The notes: generated by a model from the letters alone, not told the origin. DNA of 64,000 bases from Candidatus Cloacimonadales bacterium (GCA_963662275.1 OY759316.1:416001-480000), one strand, 5' to 3'; positions 29,347 through 40,104 are shown, numbered from the stretch's first letter. Numbers and translations: made by a program.

Positions 29347-29940
29347 ATGTTTAACGGTTTATTGAAAGATTTGTCACAGAATTTGAAGCAATTTCCCGGT
29401 GTCGGTGAAAAAACCGCCCAAAGGCTAGCTATGTTTCTCATTTCTCAAGACAAGGACAAATCCAGGAGATTAGCCCAATCTATATTGGATGCAGTGGAAC
29501 AATACAATCATTGTTCCTTATGCAATATGTTGGCTGAAACAGACCCATGTCCATTTTGTGCTGATCAGGAAAGAGATACAGCCAGAATCTGTGTAGTTGA
29601 GAATACTGCGGATGTATTTTTAATCCAGAATACGCATGAATTCAGGGGAATTTATTTTGTACTCGGACACTTGCTTTCACCTTTGGATGGCATTGGACCT
29701 TCTGAAATCAATTTTTATAAATTAGTTGAGAGAATCAAACAAAACCAGCCTGAAGAAATCATATTGGCATTAAATCCTTCTCCAGAAGGAGAAACAACGA
29801 TCAATTACATCGCTTCGCAACTTCAACCTATGAATATTGCTACAACACGTCTTTCAACAGGTCTCCCTTTTGGCGGTGATATTGAATACACGAGTTCCAT
29901 GACTCTGAGTCATGCATTTAAACGGAGGATGCCAATCTAA
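29347..29940 (+). CDS. recR: Recombination mediator RecR
   Basis: PGVGEKTAQR, CxxC-CxxC zinc finger, LSPLDGIGP, EGETT (Toprim). Confidence 0.96.
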   Translation: MFNGLLKDLSQNLKQFPGVGEKTAQRLAMFLISQDKDKSRRLAQSILDAVEQYNHCSLCNMLAETDPCPFCADQERDTARICVVENTADVFLIQNTHEFRGIYFVLGHLLSPLDGIGPSEINFYKLVERIKQNQPEEIILALNPSPEGETTINYIASQLQPMNIATTRLSTGLPFGGDIEYTSSMTLSHAFKRRMPI

Positions 29941-30572
29941 TGTTTACCGGTATTATTGAAGAAATTGGAATGATCAGCCAGGTGCGTGATTGGGTTGGAA
30001 CCAATCAGATTCGTATTGTAAGTTCCCCAATAGCGTCTCATGTAAAATTAGGAGACAGTGTCTCCTGTAACGGAATATGCCTGACAGTAATAGTTATATC
30101 CGGTACAGATTTTGAAGTGGAAATCATGCACGAAACTTTAATCAAAACTACAGCTAAGCAATGGCAAACAGGGCAAAGGCTTAATCTGGAAAGAGCTATG
30201 CAGGCTGATGGACGTTTTGATGGACATATTGTACAAGGGCATGTAGATACTACAGGTCGAATCCTTTCCAGTAAAAAAATTGATCAGACCCTTTATCTTG
30301 AAATCAGTTACTTACCTCAATATGCAGGTTTGCTCATTCCGCAAGGTTCCATCGCTGTGAATGGTGTCAGCTTAACAATTGCAGAGCTGAAAGAAAAATC
30401 TTTTCAAATAGCACTTATTGGTTATACTATAACTAATACGAATATTTCAGAATGCAAAACAGGAGATGACGTCAATCTGGAATTTGATGTCTTGGGAAAA
30501 TATGTGCAAAGGCAATTACAGAAGAAAGATTCAAATATTTCGGAGTCATGGTTACATGAACAAGGTTTCTAA
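29940..30572 (+). CDS. ribE: Riboflavin synthase (alpha chain)
   Basis: MFTGIIEE, GDSVSCNGICLTV, NLERA, GHIVQGHVD, VNLEFDVLGKY. Confidence 0.95.
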   Translation: MFTGIIEEIGMISQVRDWVGTNQIRIVSSPIASHVKLGDSVSCNGICLTVIVISGTDFEVEIMHETLIKTTAKQWQTGQRLNLERAMQADGRFDGHIVQGHVDTTGRILSSKKIDQTLYLEISYLPQYAGLLIPQGSIAVNGVSLTIAELKEKSFQIALIGYTITNTNISECKTGDDVNLEFDVLGKYVQRQLQKKDSNISESWLHEQGF

Positions 30573-31848
30573 TTTTATTCTACCAGCCCTTCTGTTTCTA
30601 ATCCTGATCGGTTGTGGTCATAAACAGAATCCGACTGGAGGAAAAGCAGATACTGAAAAGATTAGGATACTCGCTGTAACTCCGGATGAATTCAGCGATT
30701 TGAAAGATAAGCAGATTGATGTTACTTTTTCAAAAGTGGTTGATCGCACAAAGATACCGACCGGAATCTATATATATCCTTCGATTGATAGAAAACGCTT
30801 CAAATACCAAGGTAACAATTTGCAAATGCGCATCCTGCAGCCATTACTGCCAAATACGAATTATTATTTTACTTTTACTCCCCGGATACAAGATGAACGT
30901 GGTAATTCCCTGGAAGAAAATCAGACCCTTGTATATGCAAATGGTATCCTACAAACGAATAGAATTTCGGGGGAATTCAAGCTTGAAGAACCAGAAGATT
31001 CTAAACTACCTGTGAATTTAACATTATTAAATGCTGACACATTGCTTGTTTTTAGTAAAATCATACATGGCACAAACTACGTGCTTGAGAATTTAAATCC
31101 TGAATCCTATATTGTACGTGCTTTCATAGACAAAAATGTCAATGGTAAATATGATTTTGGTATTGATGCTTCTGCTGAAGCGCTAGCCCCAAAGAATCCT
31201 GTTTCGACAGTTAATTTAGATCTTGTTTATTCTGATACAAGTAAAGTTGTTTTAAAATCAGCAAATGTCATTTCCAACAGAGAAATAGATTTCACATTAT
31301 CTGAACCGGCAAGATCGATTGGAGCAGTTCACATCACTGCCAAAGATGGGACTGTGGAATTGCCTGTGGAATTGAAAAGACTGAATGGATCAATGTTGAC
31401 GGTTTTGACTGCAGCCCAGGATACAACGAAGTATAAAATCAGTATCAGTGAACTTTCAGATCGCAAGAGTAATTTAACTTCTGAAAGTCATTTATATTTT
31501 AGTGGATCTCCCCGAGCTGACAAAACAGCTCCAGTCGTCGTTTCTACTTCTCCCAGGAATGGGACATCCATTAATGAATTAGTACCTGAATTGAAGGTTG
31601 TTTTTTCCGAAATAATTCTCATCAATCATATCAAATACGCATTAATTGATACGGAAACAAACCAGGATATTGATGTCAGGATTACTTCGGGAGATGATAA
31701 AACGTATATTTTTAAACCGACAAAGCCACTACTAAATTATCACTCATACAAATTCACGATTAATCATATTACTTCCGATATCAGTAGCAATACTCTTGGG
31801 AAAGATTACGAAATGCTGTTTTTAACTTTAATAAAAAATGAGAAATAA
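30556..31848 (+). CDS. Ig-like (Big_5) domain lipoprotein
   Basis: Lipobox LIGC, NPTGGKADT, repeated P..V..TSP.NG...V.FSE Ig units. Confidence 0.75.
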   Translation: MNKVSNFILPALLFLILIGCGHKQNPTGGKADTEKIRILAVTPDEFSDLKDKQIDVTFSKVVDRTKIPTGIYIYPSIDRKRFKYQGNNLQMRILQPLLPNTNYYFTFTPRIQDERGNSLEENQTLVYANGILQTNRISGEFKLEEPEDSKLPVNLTLLNADTLLVFSKIIHGTNYVLENLNPESYIVRAFIDKNVNGKYDFGIDASAEALAPKNPVSTVNLDLVYSDTSKVVLKSANVISNREIDFTLSEPARSIGAVHITAKDGTVELPVELKRLNGSMLTVLTAAQDTTKYKISISELSDRKSNLTSESHLYFSGSPRADKTAPVVVSTSPRNGTSINELVPELKVVFSEIILINHIKYALIDTETNQDIDVRITSGDDKTYIFKPTKPLLNYHSYKFTINHITSDISSNTLGKDYEMLFLTLIKNEK

Positions 31849-33421
31849 CAGGCTATTTAAGATGAAACCAACGACTTTTCTTTTTGTATTATTAGTTTCG
31901 ATGATCTTCTTTGCAGTTCCGATTATCTTGAATGCAGACTGCGATATGATGGCAATGATTGGAATTCAGAATTCGAACTTGTCAGTTGTTCCTTCCAGTG
32001 ATGGGGAATTCAATGATCCCGTTGACTTCTTTGATTTCCTTCGCTCTCGATCAGGTTCCCAAGATGCAGAAATTCCCTTGAATAATGATGGATATGGCGT
32101 AATTTATTATCAACGGGGAAGCTCAATAATTACACACAAACAGGAATTCTATAAGTCTGGTTTTGATACTTGGTACACTCCACGTCGCGATGAACCGATG
32201 GATCTCGCTGAGATAGCTATTACGAATCCGATGAATGAAGCGACAATCGTACTAGGGCATGACCGGCTTGGCACAGGTGGAAGTGGAAACCATCCTTTTT
32301 TATTTGATTGGAATGGGAACACATATACTTTTATGCATAATGGTAGTGTTGATCCCCTTGTATGTGATGCCTTTATGAACTATTTAGGACCGACTTGGTT
32401 CGAAAATCATCCATCCAATTGGATGGGTGTTTATGGAAATCCGAGAACTTTTATTGATAGCGAACTGATGTTTCATTTTATCATGTCAAAGATCATTTTA
32501 CGTGATGGTAACGTCGTTGCAGGGATAACGGATGCTTTGAATAGCAATGATGTTCTTGGAATCAACTTCGCATATAGGGTATTTAATGCAGAAACGGTCA
32601 TGAATTTTGTTTTATCAGACGGTAAAGCACTTTATGTATTTCGAAATTCACCGTATCGGGATTCCATACATAATCTTTCTTATACTGTGATTGACGGTAA
32701 GTTTATCGGTATAAAAACCCAGCGAGGATTGGCGAATATTCTAGTCAATAATCAACTGGTCATATTTGAACAAAATGGTAATATCTCGATTAATATGCTT
32801 GATCCAACACTACCTGTGGAACTTACAAGTTTTACTGGAACTGTCTCAATTAATGGTCTTGTAACATTGAAATGGCAAACTGCTTCTGAAACCTGTATGA
32901 GCGGTTTCAACGTTTTTCGAGGGAATACCGTTATATTTGAAGATGCTAAAAAAATGAATGTTGAAGTGATTTCTGCAACTAATAATGCAGGTGGCAGCAA
33001 CTACGAGTTCATTGATAATGAAATTATTCCGGGACAAGTCCTCCATTATTGGCTTGAATGTGTTGATTACGATGGGACTATCTCTCACATGTTGAATGTA
33101 ACTGTTACTGTACCTATTCAGGATAATTCGGATACCTCGATGCTCTCGCCTTCATCTATGTTACCAAATTACCCAAATCCATTCAGAAAAGGGAATTCAA
33201 CGAATATACCAGTTCAGTTAAGATCAAACGAATCGGGTTCTTTGACTATTTATAATTTGAAAGGACAGAAGGTCAGAGATTTTACAATCTTACCGGGAAC
33301 AAGTAATCTTGTGTGGGATGGACGAAATTCACGTGGTAATTTCTGCGCACCAGGAATATATCTAACCGATTTTAGAACATCTGATTATAGTACAAGCCGA
33401 AAACTGGTTATTGTTAGATAA
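31838..33421 (+). CDS. Secreted class II glutamine amidotransferase-like (Ntn) protein with FlgD-Ig/T9SS-like C-terminal domain
   Basis: Signal peptide then C-DMMAM; NNDGYGV, LGHDRLGT, NHPF, FMHNG, IDSE; LPVELTSF; NYPNPF..IYNLKGQKVR..WDGRN..GIYL. Confidence 0.75.
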   Translation: MRNNRLFKMKPTTFLFVLLVSMIFFAVPIILNADCDMMAMIGIQNSNLSVVPSSDGEFNDPVDFFDFLRSRSGSQDAEIPLNNDGYGVIYYQRGSSIITHKQEFYKSGFDTWYTPRRDEPMDLAEIAITNPMNEATIVLGHDRLGTGGSGNHPFLFDWNGNTYTFMHNGSVDPLVCDAFMNYLGPTWFENHPSNWMGVYGNPRTFIDSELMFHFIMSKIILRDGNVVAGITDALNSNDVLGINFAYRVFNAETVMNFVLSDGKALYVFRNSPYRDSIHNLSYTVIDGKFIGIKTQRGLANILVNNQLVIFEQNGNISINMLDPTLPVELTSFTGTVSINGLVTLKWQTASETCMSGFNVFRGNTVIFEDAKKMNVEVISATNNAGGSNYEFIDNEIIPGQVLHYWLECVDYDGTISHMLNVTVTVPIQDNSDTSMLSPSSMLPNYPNPFRKGNSTNIPVQLRSNESGSLTIYNLKGQKVRDFTILPGTSNLVWDGRNSRGNFCAPGIYLTDFRTSDYSTSRKLVIVR

Positions 33422-33426
33422 TCCTA

Positions 33427-33831
33427 TTATTCATCCAGGAAAGAAATGATTACCTGTCTCGTTCGAGGACCGTCAAATTCGCAAAAGAAGATACCCTGCC
33501 ATTTACCTAAAACAAGTTCACCTTCTTGAACAAGAACCTGTGTCTGACACCCAGTAAGGCTGCTTTTCACATGAGCTGCGGAATTGCCTTCTCCATGTCT
33601 ATACTTCTCATCTGCTAACGGGACAATTTGATCTAAAGCATATAATACATCATGCACCACGTCCGGATCAGCATTTTCGTTGATAGTGATCCCAGCAGTT
33701 GTGTGTGGTACAAAGATTAATAATCTACCATTCAGACAATGGTTTTCCCATACAAATTTCCTGACGATCTGGGTGATGTTGATCATTTCATTCTGCTTTG
33801 TACTGCCAACTGAAGTTTTAATGAACTTCAT
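33427..33831 (-). CDS. yjbQ: YjbQ family secondary thiamine-phosphate synthase
   Basis: PHTTAGITINENADPDV, HGEGNSAAHVK, LGKWQGIFFCEFDGPR. Confidence 0.93.
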   Translation of the reverse strand: MKFIKTSVGSTKQNEMINITQIVRKFVWENHCLNGRLLIFVPHTTAGITINENADPDVVHDVLYALDQIVPLADEKYRHGEGNSAAHVKSSLTGCQTQVLVQEGELVLGKWQGIFFCEFDGPRTRQVIISFLDE

Positions 33832-36175
33832 TGAAAACCTCCCTGATTTCTTCATTGTTTTCTATCATGTGGAAATGCGACCATTCACTAGGAAATAAGC
33901 GACGATACCTCAAGTGAGCAAACCGATCATCAATCAGCAGGACAACACCTTTATCCGTTTCAGAACGTATTACTCTACCAGCCGCCTGGAATACACGGTT
34001 GAATCCGGGGTACATATATGCATATTCGAATCCCATTCGATTTGTAGTATCAAAATATTCCCTGATTCTTTCCCGCTCCAGGCATATTTGTGGTAATCCG
34101 ACACCTACAACAACAGCACCAACAAGTTTATCTCCCAACAGATCAATCCCTTCTCCGAAAATACCACCCATCACTGCCATGCCAATCACAAATTGTTTGC
34201 TGTTTTCGTCGAATAATGCCAGGAAGGCTTCTTTCTCTGTTTCTGTCATTCCACTTTTCTGGATTTGCAGATTCAACATTTCATCCTTTTCAGTCAAATT
34301 CTCATAGATACTTTTCAAATACCTGTAGGAAGGAAAGAAAATGAGCAGGTTACCAGGATAATGAATTGTTAGGATTTGGATGGCATCAGCAACTTGATCA
34401 TAAGTGGATTCTCTTTGTTTAAAGTTAGTAGCGATTCCCTTATGGATAAGAAGCTGTAAATTATCTTTGGGAAAGGGAGAAGTTAGTTTCAAAATCTCAG
34501 GCTCTAAACCTGCTGCTAATAGACTTACATAATAATCCATAGGAAGTAGTGTCGCTGAGAAATAAATCGTTGATTTCGCGCGTTTCAGAGCTTCTGCTAT
34601 CAATTTCGAAGGATCAAGGCAAAAAAGTTTAATAAGCAGATGCCTGTTTTGTATTTCATAGTAAGTGATATATTTATCATCAAAAAATTCTGCAGTTCGT
34701 AGGATAGCCAGACATCTGAAGTAAAATTCTAAAAGTAGTTTTGCCCAAGGTGTTGGAATATTTTGTACTAACCATTTCTCAGCGAGTACCAGGAAGCGAT
34801 TTACAGCATTTAGAAGTTCCTCAGGTAATGAAGTTTGCCATTTTTCATTTACTACTTCTTCCTTCATCTGCTTACGAGTATCCCGATACAATTTGATGAA
34901 ACGCTGTAAAGCCGTAACGATGTTTTTCGGTTCCTTTCCGATTGCTTGCTTCAATGTCCGGATCTCATCTTCCAACATATCCGCAGAATACATGTCCCGT
35001 GCTCTATCCGGTAGATTATGCGCTTCATCTACAAGAAAGACATAGGGGTCTTCCGGTATTTCAAAGAAACGGCGCAGATATACACGTGGGTCAAAAACGT
35101 AATTGTAGTCAGCTATGATAACATCAGCCCAGAGTGTCATGAAAAGGGTGAATTCAAAAGGGCAAATCCTGTGTTTCAGTGCATAAGTACAAATAATTTC
35201 ACGGGTCATGATATCTTCGAGGAATAGATCAGTAGCAGCAGCTTTCTCACGATCATAGTATCCTTCCGCGTATTCACATTCTTCCGGATTGCAAGCACAA
35301 CCTGGTTTGAAGCAAATCTTCTCTTTCGCAGTTAGGGTTACACTCTTACATCGCAAGCCTTTTTCCTTCATGGAAGATAATGTGTTTTCGGCAATTACTC
35401 TACCGCTCGTACGGGCGGTTAAATAGAAGATCTTCTCTGTTTTTCCTTCGGGAATAGTCTTTAATGCCGGAAATAAGGCAGCTATCGTTTTACCTATACC
35501 TGTTGGAGCTTGGGCAAAAAGAACTTCTTCCCTGGATATGGAATGATAAACAGATACAGCCATCGAGCGTTGTCCATGCCTGTATTTTTCATAGGGAAAA
35601 GCAAATTCTGTGATTGCGTTATCTCTTACTAATTGCCAATCTCTAATGGTTCTAGCCCATGCAAGGTATTGGTTAACGATGGAATAGAAGAATTCCGTTA
35701 ATTCAGTAATTTGAAAGAGCTGAACCAGTTCTTTGATTTCATGAGTATCCAACTGATAATACGTGAGTTGTATCCGAATGGAAGATATTTGATTTTGAAT
35801 TGCATAAATATAACCGTACATCTTTGCCTGTGCCCAATGAAGTGAACGATTATTTACTTCAATCATCTCAAGAGAGGAAGTTGTTGATTTGATTTCTTCA
35901 ATCAATACCCCCTCTTCTTTTTCCCAAAGACCATCAATCCGACCGCTTATCTGTAAGTGTAAATCATCTGTTTCAAAAAGATAACTAACAGTTACTTCAG
36001 CGTGATAACCTTCGGGACGTGATTTTTGTATCTTCTGATGAGCCTTTGTACCGGCAAGAGCTTTATTCATACTAACAAAAGCAGAGATAATATCTCCACT
36101 TGATAGTACGAATTCCACTAAGTCACGGACAGAAATATGTATAACATGATTTCCTGAGCTATCTCTGGATTTCAA
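33818..36175 (-). CDS. DinG/Rad3-like Fe-S DNA helicase with N-terminal PD-(D/E)XK nuclease domain
   Basis: GRIDG..IEEIKS..QAKMY nuclease; APTGIGKT, Fe-S cysteines (KIC..CNPEEC..CPFE), DEAH, FSATL, FFPSY, QAAGRVIR. Confidence 0.9.
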   Translation of the reverse strand: MKSRDSSGNHVIHISVRDLVEFVLSSGDIISAFVSMNKALAGTKAHQKIQKSRPEGYHAEVTVSYLFETDDLHLQISGRIDGLWEKEEGVLIEEIKSTTSSLEMIEVNNRSLHWAQAKMYGYIYAIQNQISSIRIQLTYYQLDTHEIKELVQLFQITELTEFFYSIVNQYLAWARTIRDWQLVRDNAITEFAFPYEKYRHGQRSMAVSVYHSISREEVLFAQAPTGIGKTIAALFPALKTIPEGKTEKIFYLTARTSGRVIAENTLSSMKEKGLRCKSVTLTAKEKICFKPGCACNPEECEYAEGYYDREKAAATDLFLEDIMTREIICTYALKHRICPFEFTLFMTLWADVIIADYNYVFDPRVYLRRFFEIPEDPYVFLVDEAHNLPDRARDMYSADMLEDEIRTLKQAIGKEPKNIVTALQRFIKLYRDTRKQMKEEVVNEKWQTSLPEELLNAVNRFLVLAEKWLVQNIPTPWAKLLLEFYFRCLAILRTAEFFDDKYITYYEIQNRHLLIKLFCLDPSKLIAEALKRAKSTIYFSATLLPMDYYVSLLAAGLEPEILKLTSPFPKDNLQLLIHKGIATNFKQRESTYDQVADAIQILTIHYPGNLLIFFPSYRYLKSIYENLTEKDEMLNLQIQKSGMTETEKEAFLALFDENSKQFVIGMAVMGGIFGEGIDLLGDKLVGAVVVGVGLPQICLERERIREYFDTTNRMGFEYAYMYPGFNRVFQAAGRVIRSETDKGVVLLIDDRFAHLRYRRLFPSEWSHFHMIENNEEIREVFNEVH

Positions 36176-36208
36176 TTATAGTACCAAGGTTATGAACAGA
36201 GTTTTACG

Positions 36209-36934
36209 TTATTTCTCTTTTCTCAATTTCCACAATTGATCAAGACTCTCCAATAAAGGTTGAGCTAGTTTTTCAGGTTTATCTGTCTTCTCCGGCATAT
36301 TGGGAAATACGATGTAAGGAACCTGTATGTTATTGATTGTAATATGGGTAGGATTGGAAGCAATCAGTTCATGAAAGTCAATTTCCTTGTAGAGTTTTTC
36401 CATCTTATCCATGGGAAGACCATGTTCCAGGATACTATCAGGTTTATCAGGATTATAACGTCTTTGGTTCTTACGTACTGATTCTTCAAAAGTAACATCA
36501 ACATAGAGAATAGAAGCGCGGGAAAGAATATCATCTGATAAATTAGAAAAAGCACTTTTATATCCGCCATGTTCTGAACCACGGGAGAACTCAATAAGAG
36601 TAGTATGTTCGGCATGGAAGTCTGAAGAATCACGCAACATCTTCTGATACTCAATATTCATTCGACGGATCAGGAGGTCCCATTGGTAATTGAATAAAAA
36701 CATGCCATCCGGATGCGTATGCATCCTGGGCTTTCCCATCTGACGGGAAAGTATGTCATCTTCTTCAAACCAAGTCCACAGCATTGGAAAGTCATCAATT
36801 TCACGTATCTGACCTAAATGATAGAATTCTGTCCTTGTGATTGGTGCTAATTTCTTCACAAAATCAATAATTTCGGACTTACCTGATGCCGGTCGTCCTA
36901 ATAAGAGAAGGATATCAAAATGTCCTTTTGCCAT
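36209..36934 (-). CDS. Uncharacterised P-loop (kinase-like) protein
   Basis: LLLLGRPASGKSE Walker A, IEFSRG, ILYVDVTFEESVRKN; ATG at 36934 with AGGAG RBS. Confidence 0.7.
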   Translation of the reverse strand: MAKGHFDILLLLGRPASGKSEIIDFVKKLAPITRTEFYHLGQIREIDDFPMLWTWFEEDDILSRQMGKPRMHTHPDGMFLFNYQWDLLIRRMNIEYQKMLRDSSDFHAEHTTLIEFSRGSEHGGYKSAFSNLSDDILSRASILYVDVTFEESVRKNQRRYNPDKPDSILEHGLPMDKMEKLYKEIDFHELIASNPTHITINNIQVPYIVFPNMPEKTDKPEKLAQPLLESLDQLWKLRKEK

Positions 36935-37278
36935 ATTTATTACTCCTTTGTATTGAAATTTGAAACGATATCCAGGCATATCATCATTTTTGTATAGGGA
37001 CTTTGATCGCACAGCCTGTTTATCCTTTTCAATCCTTTCGAAAAAGATACATAACAGTCTTTTTTGTTTTTTGTAAAGAAGATTCACTATCTAATATCAG
37101 GATTTATGTCAATGAACTTATCATGTAATTTTATTATGACAATAGAGGAATTAAAAAATCAGGTATGAAACAGGAGTATGATTGATTAATTTATTGACTA
37201 TCAATAAACTATAACTATATTTTAATTGTGGAACAGCATGTGCAGTTAGTATTACCAAAGAATTGATTGGGGGAGAGA

Positions 37279-37893
37279 ATGAAAAAGATCAATATTTGGA
37301 AAATGGTAATGTTAGTTATGATGCTATTAGGATTTTGTATTGCAGCATTATCTGCTGATACAATGGATCCTGCTACGGCAAAATGCAAGATATGTGGTTG
37401 CGACATGAAGTTTGATCAAGATTGTTTCATATCTTGTGTTCAAGAAGGTAATACTGACCTCGTCAATCTATTCATCTGTGCAGGTATTGACCCGAATCAG
37501 GTTGATAAGAACGGAGTCACACCTTTGATTTATGCGGCTGAAAATGGTCGTATTGCAGTTGCAAAACAACTGATCAATAGCGGTGCAGACGTTAACAAAA
37601 GAGATAAGGATAATGGCACACCACTAATGATGGCTTCTTGGAGTGGAAAAACGGAACTGGTTGATTTCCTTATTAAGAAGGGTGCTGAAGTGAATGCAAA
37701 AAGTGCTGATGGCTGGACACCTCTTATGTTAGCTGCCTGGAATGGCTATAATGATACCGTTCGTGTTCTGATTTATCACAATGCCGATGTCAATATGCTG
37801 AATAAAACAGGTGATTCTGCCTGGTGGTTGGCTGCCTCTCAAGAACATGAATATACGGCTTCTCTGTTAATAGTAAAAGGCTCTAAGAGATAA
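37279..37893 (+). CDS. Secreted ankyrin-repeat protein
   Basis: Signal peptide; about 4 GxTPLxxA..G repeats. Confidence 0.9.
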   Translation: MKKINIWKMVMLVMMLLGFCIAALSADTMDPATAKCKICGCDMKFDQDCFISCVQEGNTDLVNLFICAGIDPNQVDKNGVTPLIYAAENGRIAVAKQLINSGADVNKRDKDNGTPLMMASWSGKTELVDFLIKKGAEVNAKSADGWTPLMLAAWNGYNDTVRVLIYHNADVNMLNKTGDSAWWLAASQEHEYTASLLIVKGSKR

Positions 37894-38105
37894 ATAACTC
37901 ATCCAAAATCTCCACATTGCGAACCAGAAAATGGGATTTTCTAAAGAATGCTTTGCGGTTGAGCTTAGTATCCCCTTGCTACAGTTCAACGTAAAGAAAA
38001 TAAGAAAATCCTATTTTCTTTTTTAATAAAGAACTTGCTAATGATAATGGATTTTGTTTTATTGTATAACACATCATGAATTAATAATGATCTTCATGAA
38101 AGGGG

Positions 38106-38555
38106 ATGAACAAGATGAATGACAAAATCTTTAAGAATTTACGCGGTATCCAACAAGGTATGCTCAAAATACTTGGTGAAGTCACATCTCTCACAATTCA
38201 CCCTGTCCATATGGATGAAGGTATGGAAGAGATTTGGCATCCGCATTGTGATATCTATGAAACGAATGAAGAATATCGTATCATGGTGGAACTTGCCGGT
38301 GTCGATAAAAGCTCAATTAATATTACTTCTACGAATGAATATCTGCGCATCTCCGGTGTAAGAACTGTCCTGAATCCAAATTGCAGTATCTGTTATCATA
38401 ACATGGAAATTGAAACTGGGAAGTATGAAAGACTGATTCCAATTCCTTCTACGCCTATTGAAAATGAAAATCCAAAAGTCACTTATGAAGATGGTATGCT
38501 TGTGATCATTTTCAAGATCAAGCCTATTGTGGAGAAGATCATACACATTGATTAA
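38106..38555 (+). CDS. Hsp20/alpha-crystallin family protein
   Basis: PHCDIYET, ELAGV, LRISGVR, GKYERLI, YEDGML. Confidence 0.9.
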   Translation: MNKMNDKIFKNLRGIQQGMLKILGEVTSLTIHPVHMDEGMEEIWHPHCDIYETNEEYRIMVELAGVDKSSINITSTNEYLRISGVRTVLNPNCSICYHNMEIETGKYERLIPIPSTPIENENPKVTYEDGMLVIIFKIKPIVEKIIHID

Positions 38556-38560
38556 GTCAC

Positions 38561-39340
38561 TTAAATATTTGCCAGCAAACTCAAGTAACCATTTATCAAC
38601 TGATTACCGACCAGTATATGTAGTAATGCAGCAACAATGATAAATGGACCAAAGGGAAATTGTTTACTCTTGTCTTTTTGTATGATAAGGATGGTAATGA
38701 CAGCCAAAACTGCTGATAGAACGATCACAAAAAGGGCATCCGGAAAACCGAAGAAGGTTCCTACTGCGGTTATTAGCTTGATATCTCCACCACCCATGCC
38801 ATCATTCTTCTTTAACCAATAATACATGAAACTTATTCCATAAAAGAACAGGAAACAAATGAATCCACCGATAAGTGAATTTTTAAAACTCACGTCCATA
38901 CCGTGTATAAGTGAAGCAAGCAGACCGATAGCGATCAATGGTAAACTGAGTACGTCCGGGATGATCTGATGAAAGACATCAATGAAAAAAATGCTGATAC
39001 CAAAACCGAAGAATACTATATACTTAACAAAAATTAACCAGTCAGGTGAATGCAAACTGAAATACAGAGCCAGAAAGACTAATGGCGTAACTAATTCTAC
39101 CAGGAAATAATGCCAATGTATCTTCGCTTTACAGTAATGGCATTTTCCACCTAAAAGCAGATAGCTTAAAATGGGAATATTGAGCCAAAAAGGGATTGGT
39201 CTGTTGCAATTCGGACAGTGAGATGCAGGAAATGCAATGGATTCCTTTCGCGGAATTCGATAGATGAGAACATTGAAGAAACTGCCAAAAGCAGCACCCA
39301 ATATGATGATAAAACAAATTACGATGAGGTCAAAGCCCAA
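38561..39340 (-). CDS. pilD: Prepilin peptidase (A24)
   Basis: GSFFNVLIYRIP, SHCPNC..IPILSYLLLGGKCHYC, GMGGGDIKL, PFGPF. Confidence 0.9.
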   Translation of the reverse strand: MGFDLIVICFIIILGAAFGSFFNVLIYRIPRKESIAFPASHCPNCNRPIPFWLNIPILSYLLLGGKCHYCKAKIHWHYFLVELVTPLVFLALYFSLHSPDWLIFVKYIVFFGFGISIFFIDVFHQIIPDVLSLPLIAIGLLASLIHGMDVSFKNSLIGGFICFLFFYGISFMYYWLKKNDGMGGGDIKLITAVGTFFGFPDALFVIVLSAVLAVITILIIQKDKSKQFPFGPFIIVAALLHILVGNQLINGYLSLLANI

Positions 39341-39342
39341 TA

Positions 39343-39795
39343 CTAGGGTCTCCAGAAATTGTCATCATACTGTCCGTAATCGTACACCGAACGCTGCTGG
39401 TATTCAAAACGCACGGTAAATGATTTACTTGGCTGATACATGAGAGAAAATTCAGGTATTATCTTATTCTGATTATCTCCATTGCCTTTATAGTTCATGT
39501 TTTTTTTCCAACTGCCAGTTCCGTTATTCACAAAATTCAGATTCACATTCATGCTTAACTTAGGATTAAACTGGTATTGCATGTGGTTTGTATAGACAGA
39601 CTGATAAAAGCTATGATTGTTGGACATCATTGTGGAGAAGGAAGCCGAATTCGATATATGCAATTTACTGGGATTCAATAAGCTTCCCTGCCAGTTGGAA
39701 GAGCCAAAAGGGTTCGAAGGCTGAAAAGCGGAAGTTTGAGCTTGAAGTACAGAAAATACATATATTAGAATGATTAAAATCATGAATCGTTTCAT
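39343..39795 (-). CDS. Hypothetical secreted beta-rich protein
   Basis: AAGGAGG RBS, signal peptide (VLQA-Q), beta-strand pattern. Confidence 0.75.
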   Translation of the reverse strand: MKRFMILIILIYVFSVLQAQTSAFQPSNPFGSSNWQGSLLNPSKLHISNSASFSTMMSNNHSFYQSVYTNHMQYQFNPKLSMNVNLNFVNNGTGSWKKNMNYKGNGDNQNKIIPEFSLMYQPSKSFTVRFEYQQRSVYDYGQYDDNFWRP

Positions 39796-40104
39796 AAATT
39801 CCTCCTTTGAGGATCAATATTAATGAGTACTTAAGATGCTACACATCTTTCTATACAAACAGTTTCCCAATTTCCTGCATTCAATCTGCAAGAGTTATTC
39901 TTTGTTTAATGCTATTATTATATTTCGATTATATGATATTGATTTCTAGATTATTGTCAAGAAATCGTTTATCTCATTATTATCAGATATTAATCTCCTT
40001 TTTAAAAAAAATTTAAGAAAAGGAAATTCAGATTCCTGTCATATTTCGTTTTCGCACATATCTATGACAAAACCGCACAACACTGTCATGATAATATGCC
40101 ATAC

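Noticed and set aside
33818..36175. Cas4/type IV CRISPR-associated DinG
   Set aside because: No array or other cas genes; the nuclease-DinG fusion is a common stand-alone family.
39807..40016. 69-aa ORF and the many other short antisense or overlapping ORFs in the track
   Set aside because: No RBS or domain signal; they lie in AT-rich intergenic DNA or opposite well-supported genes.
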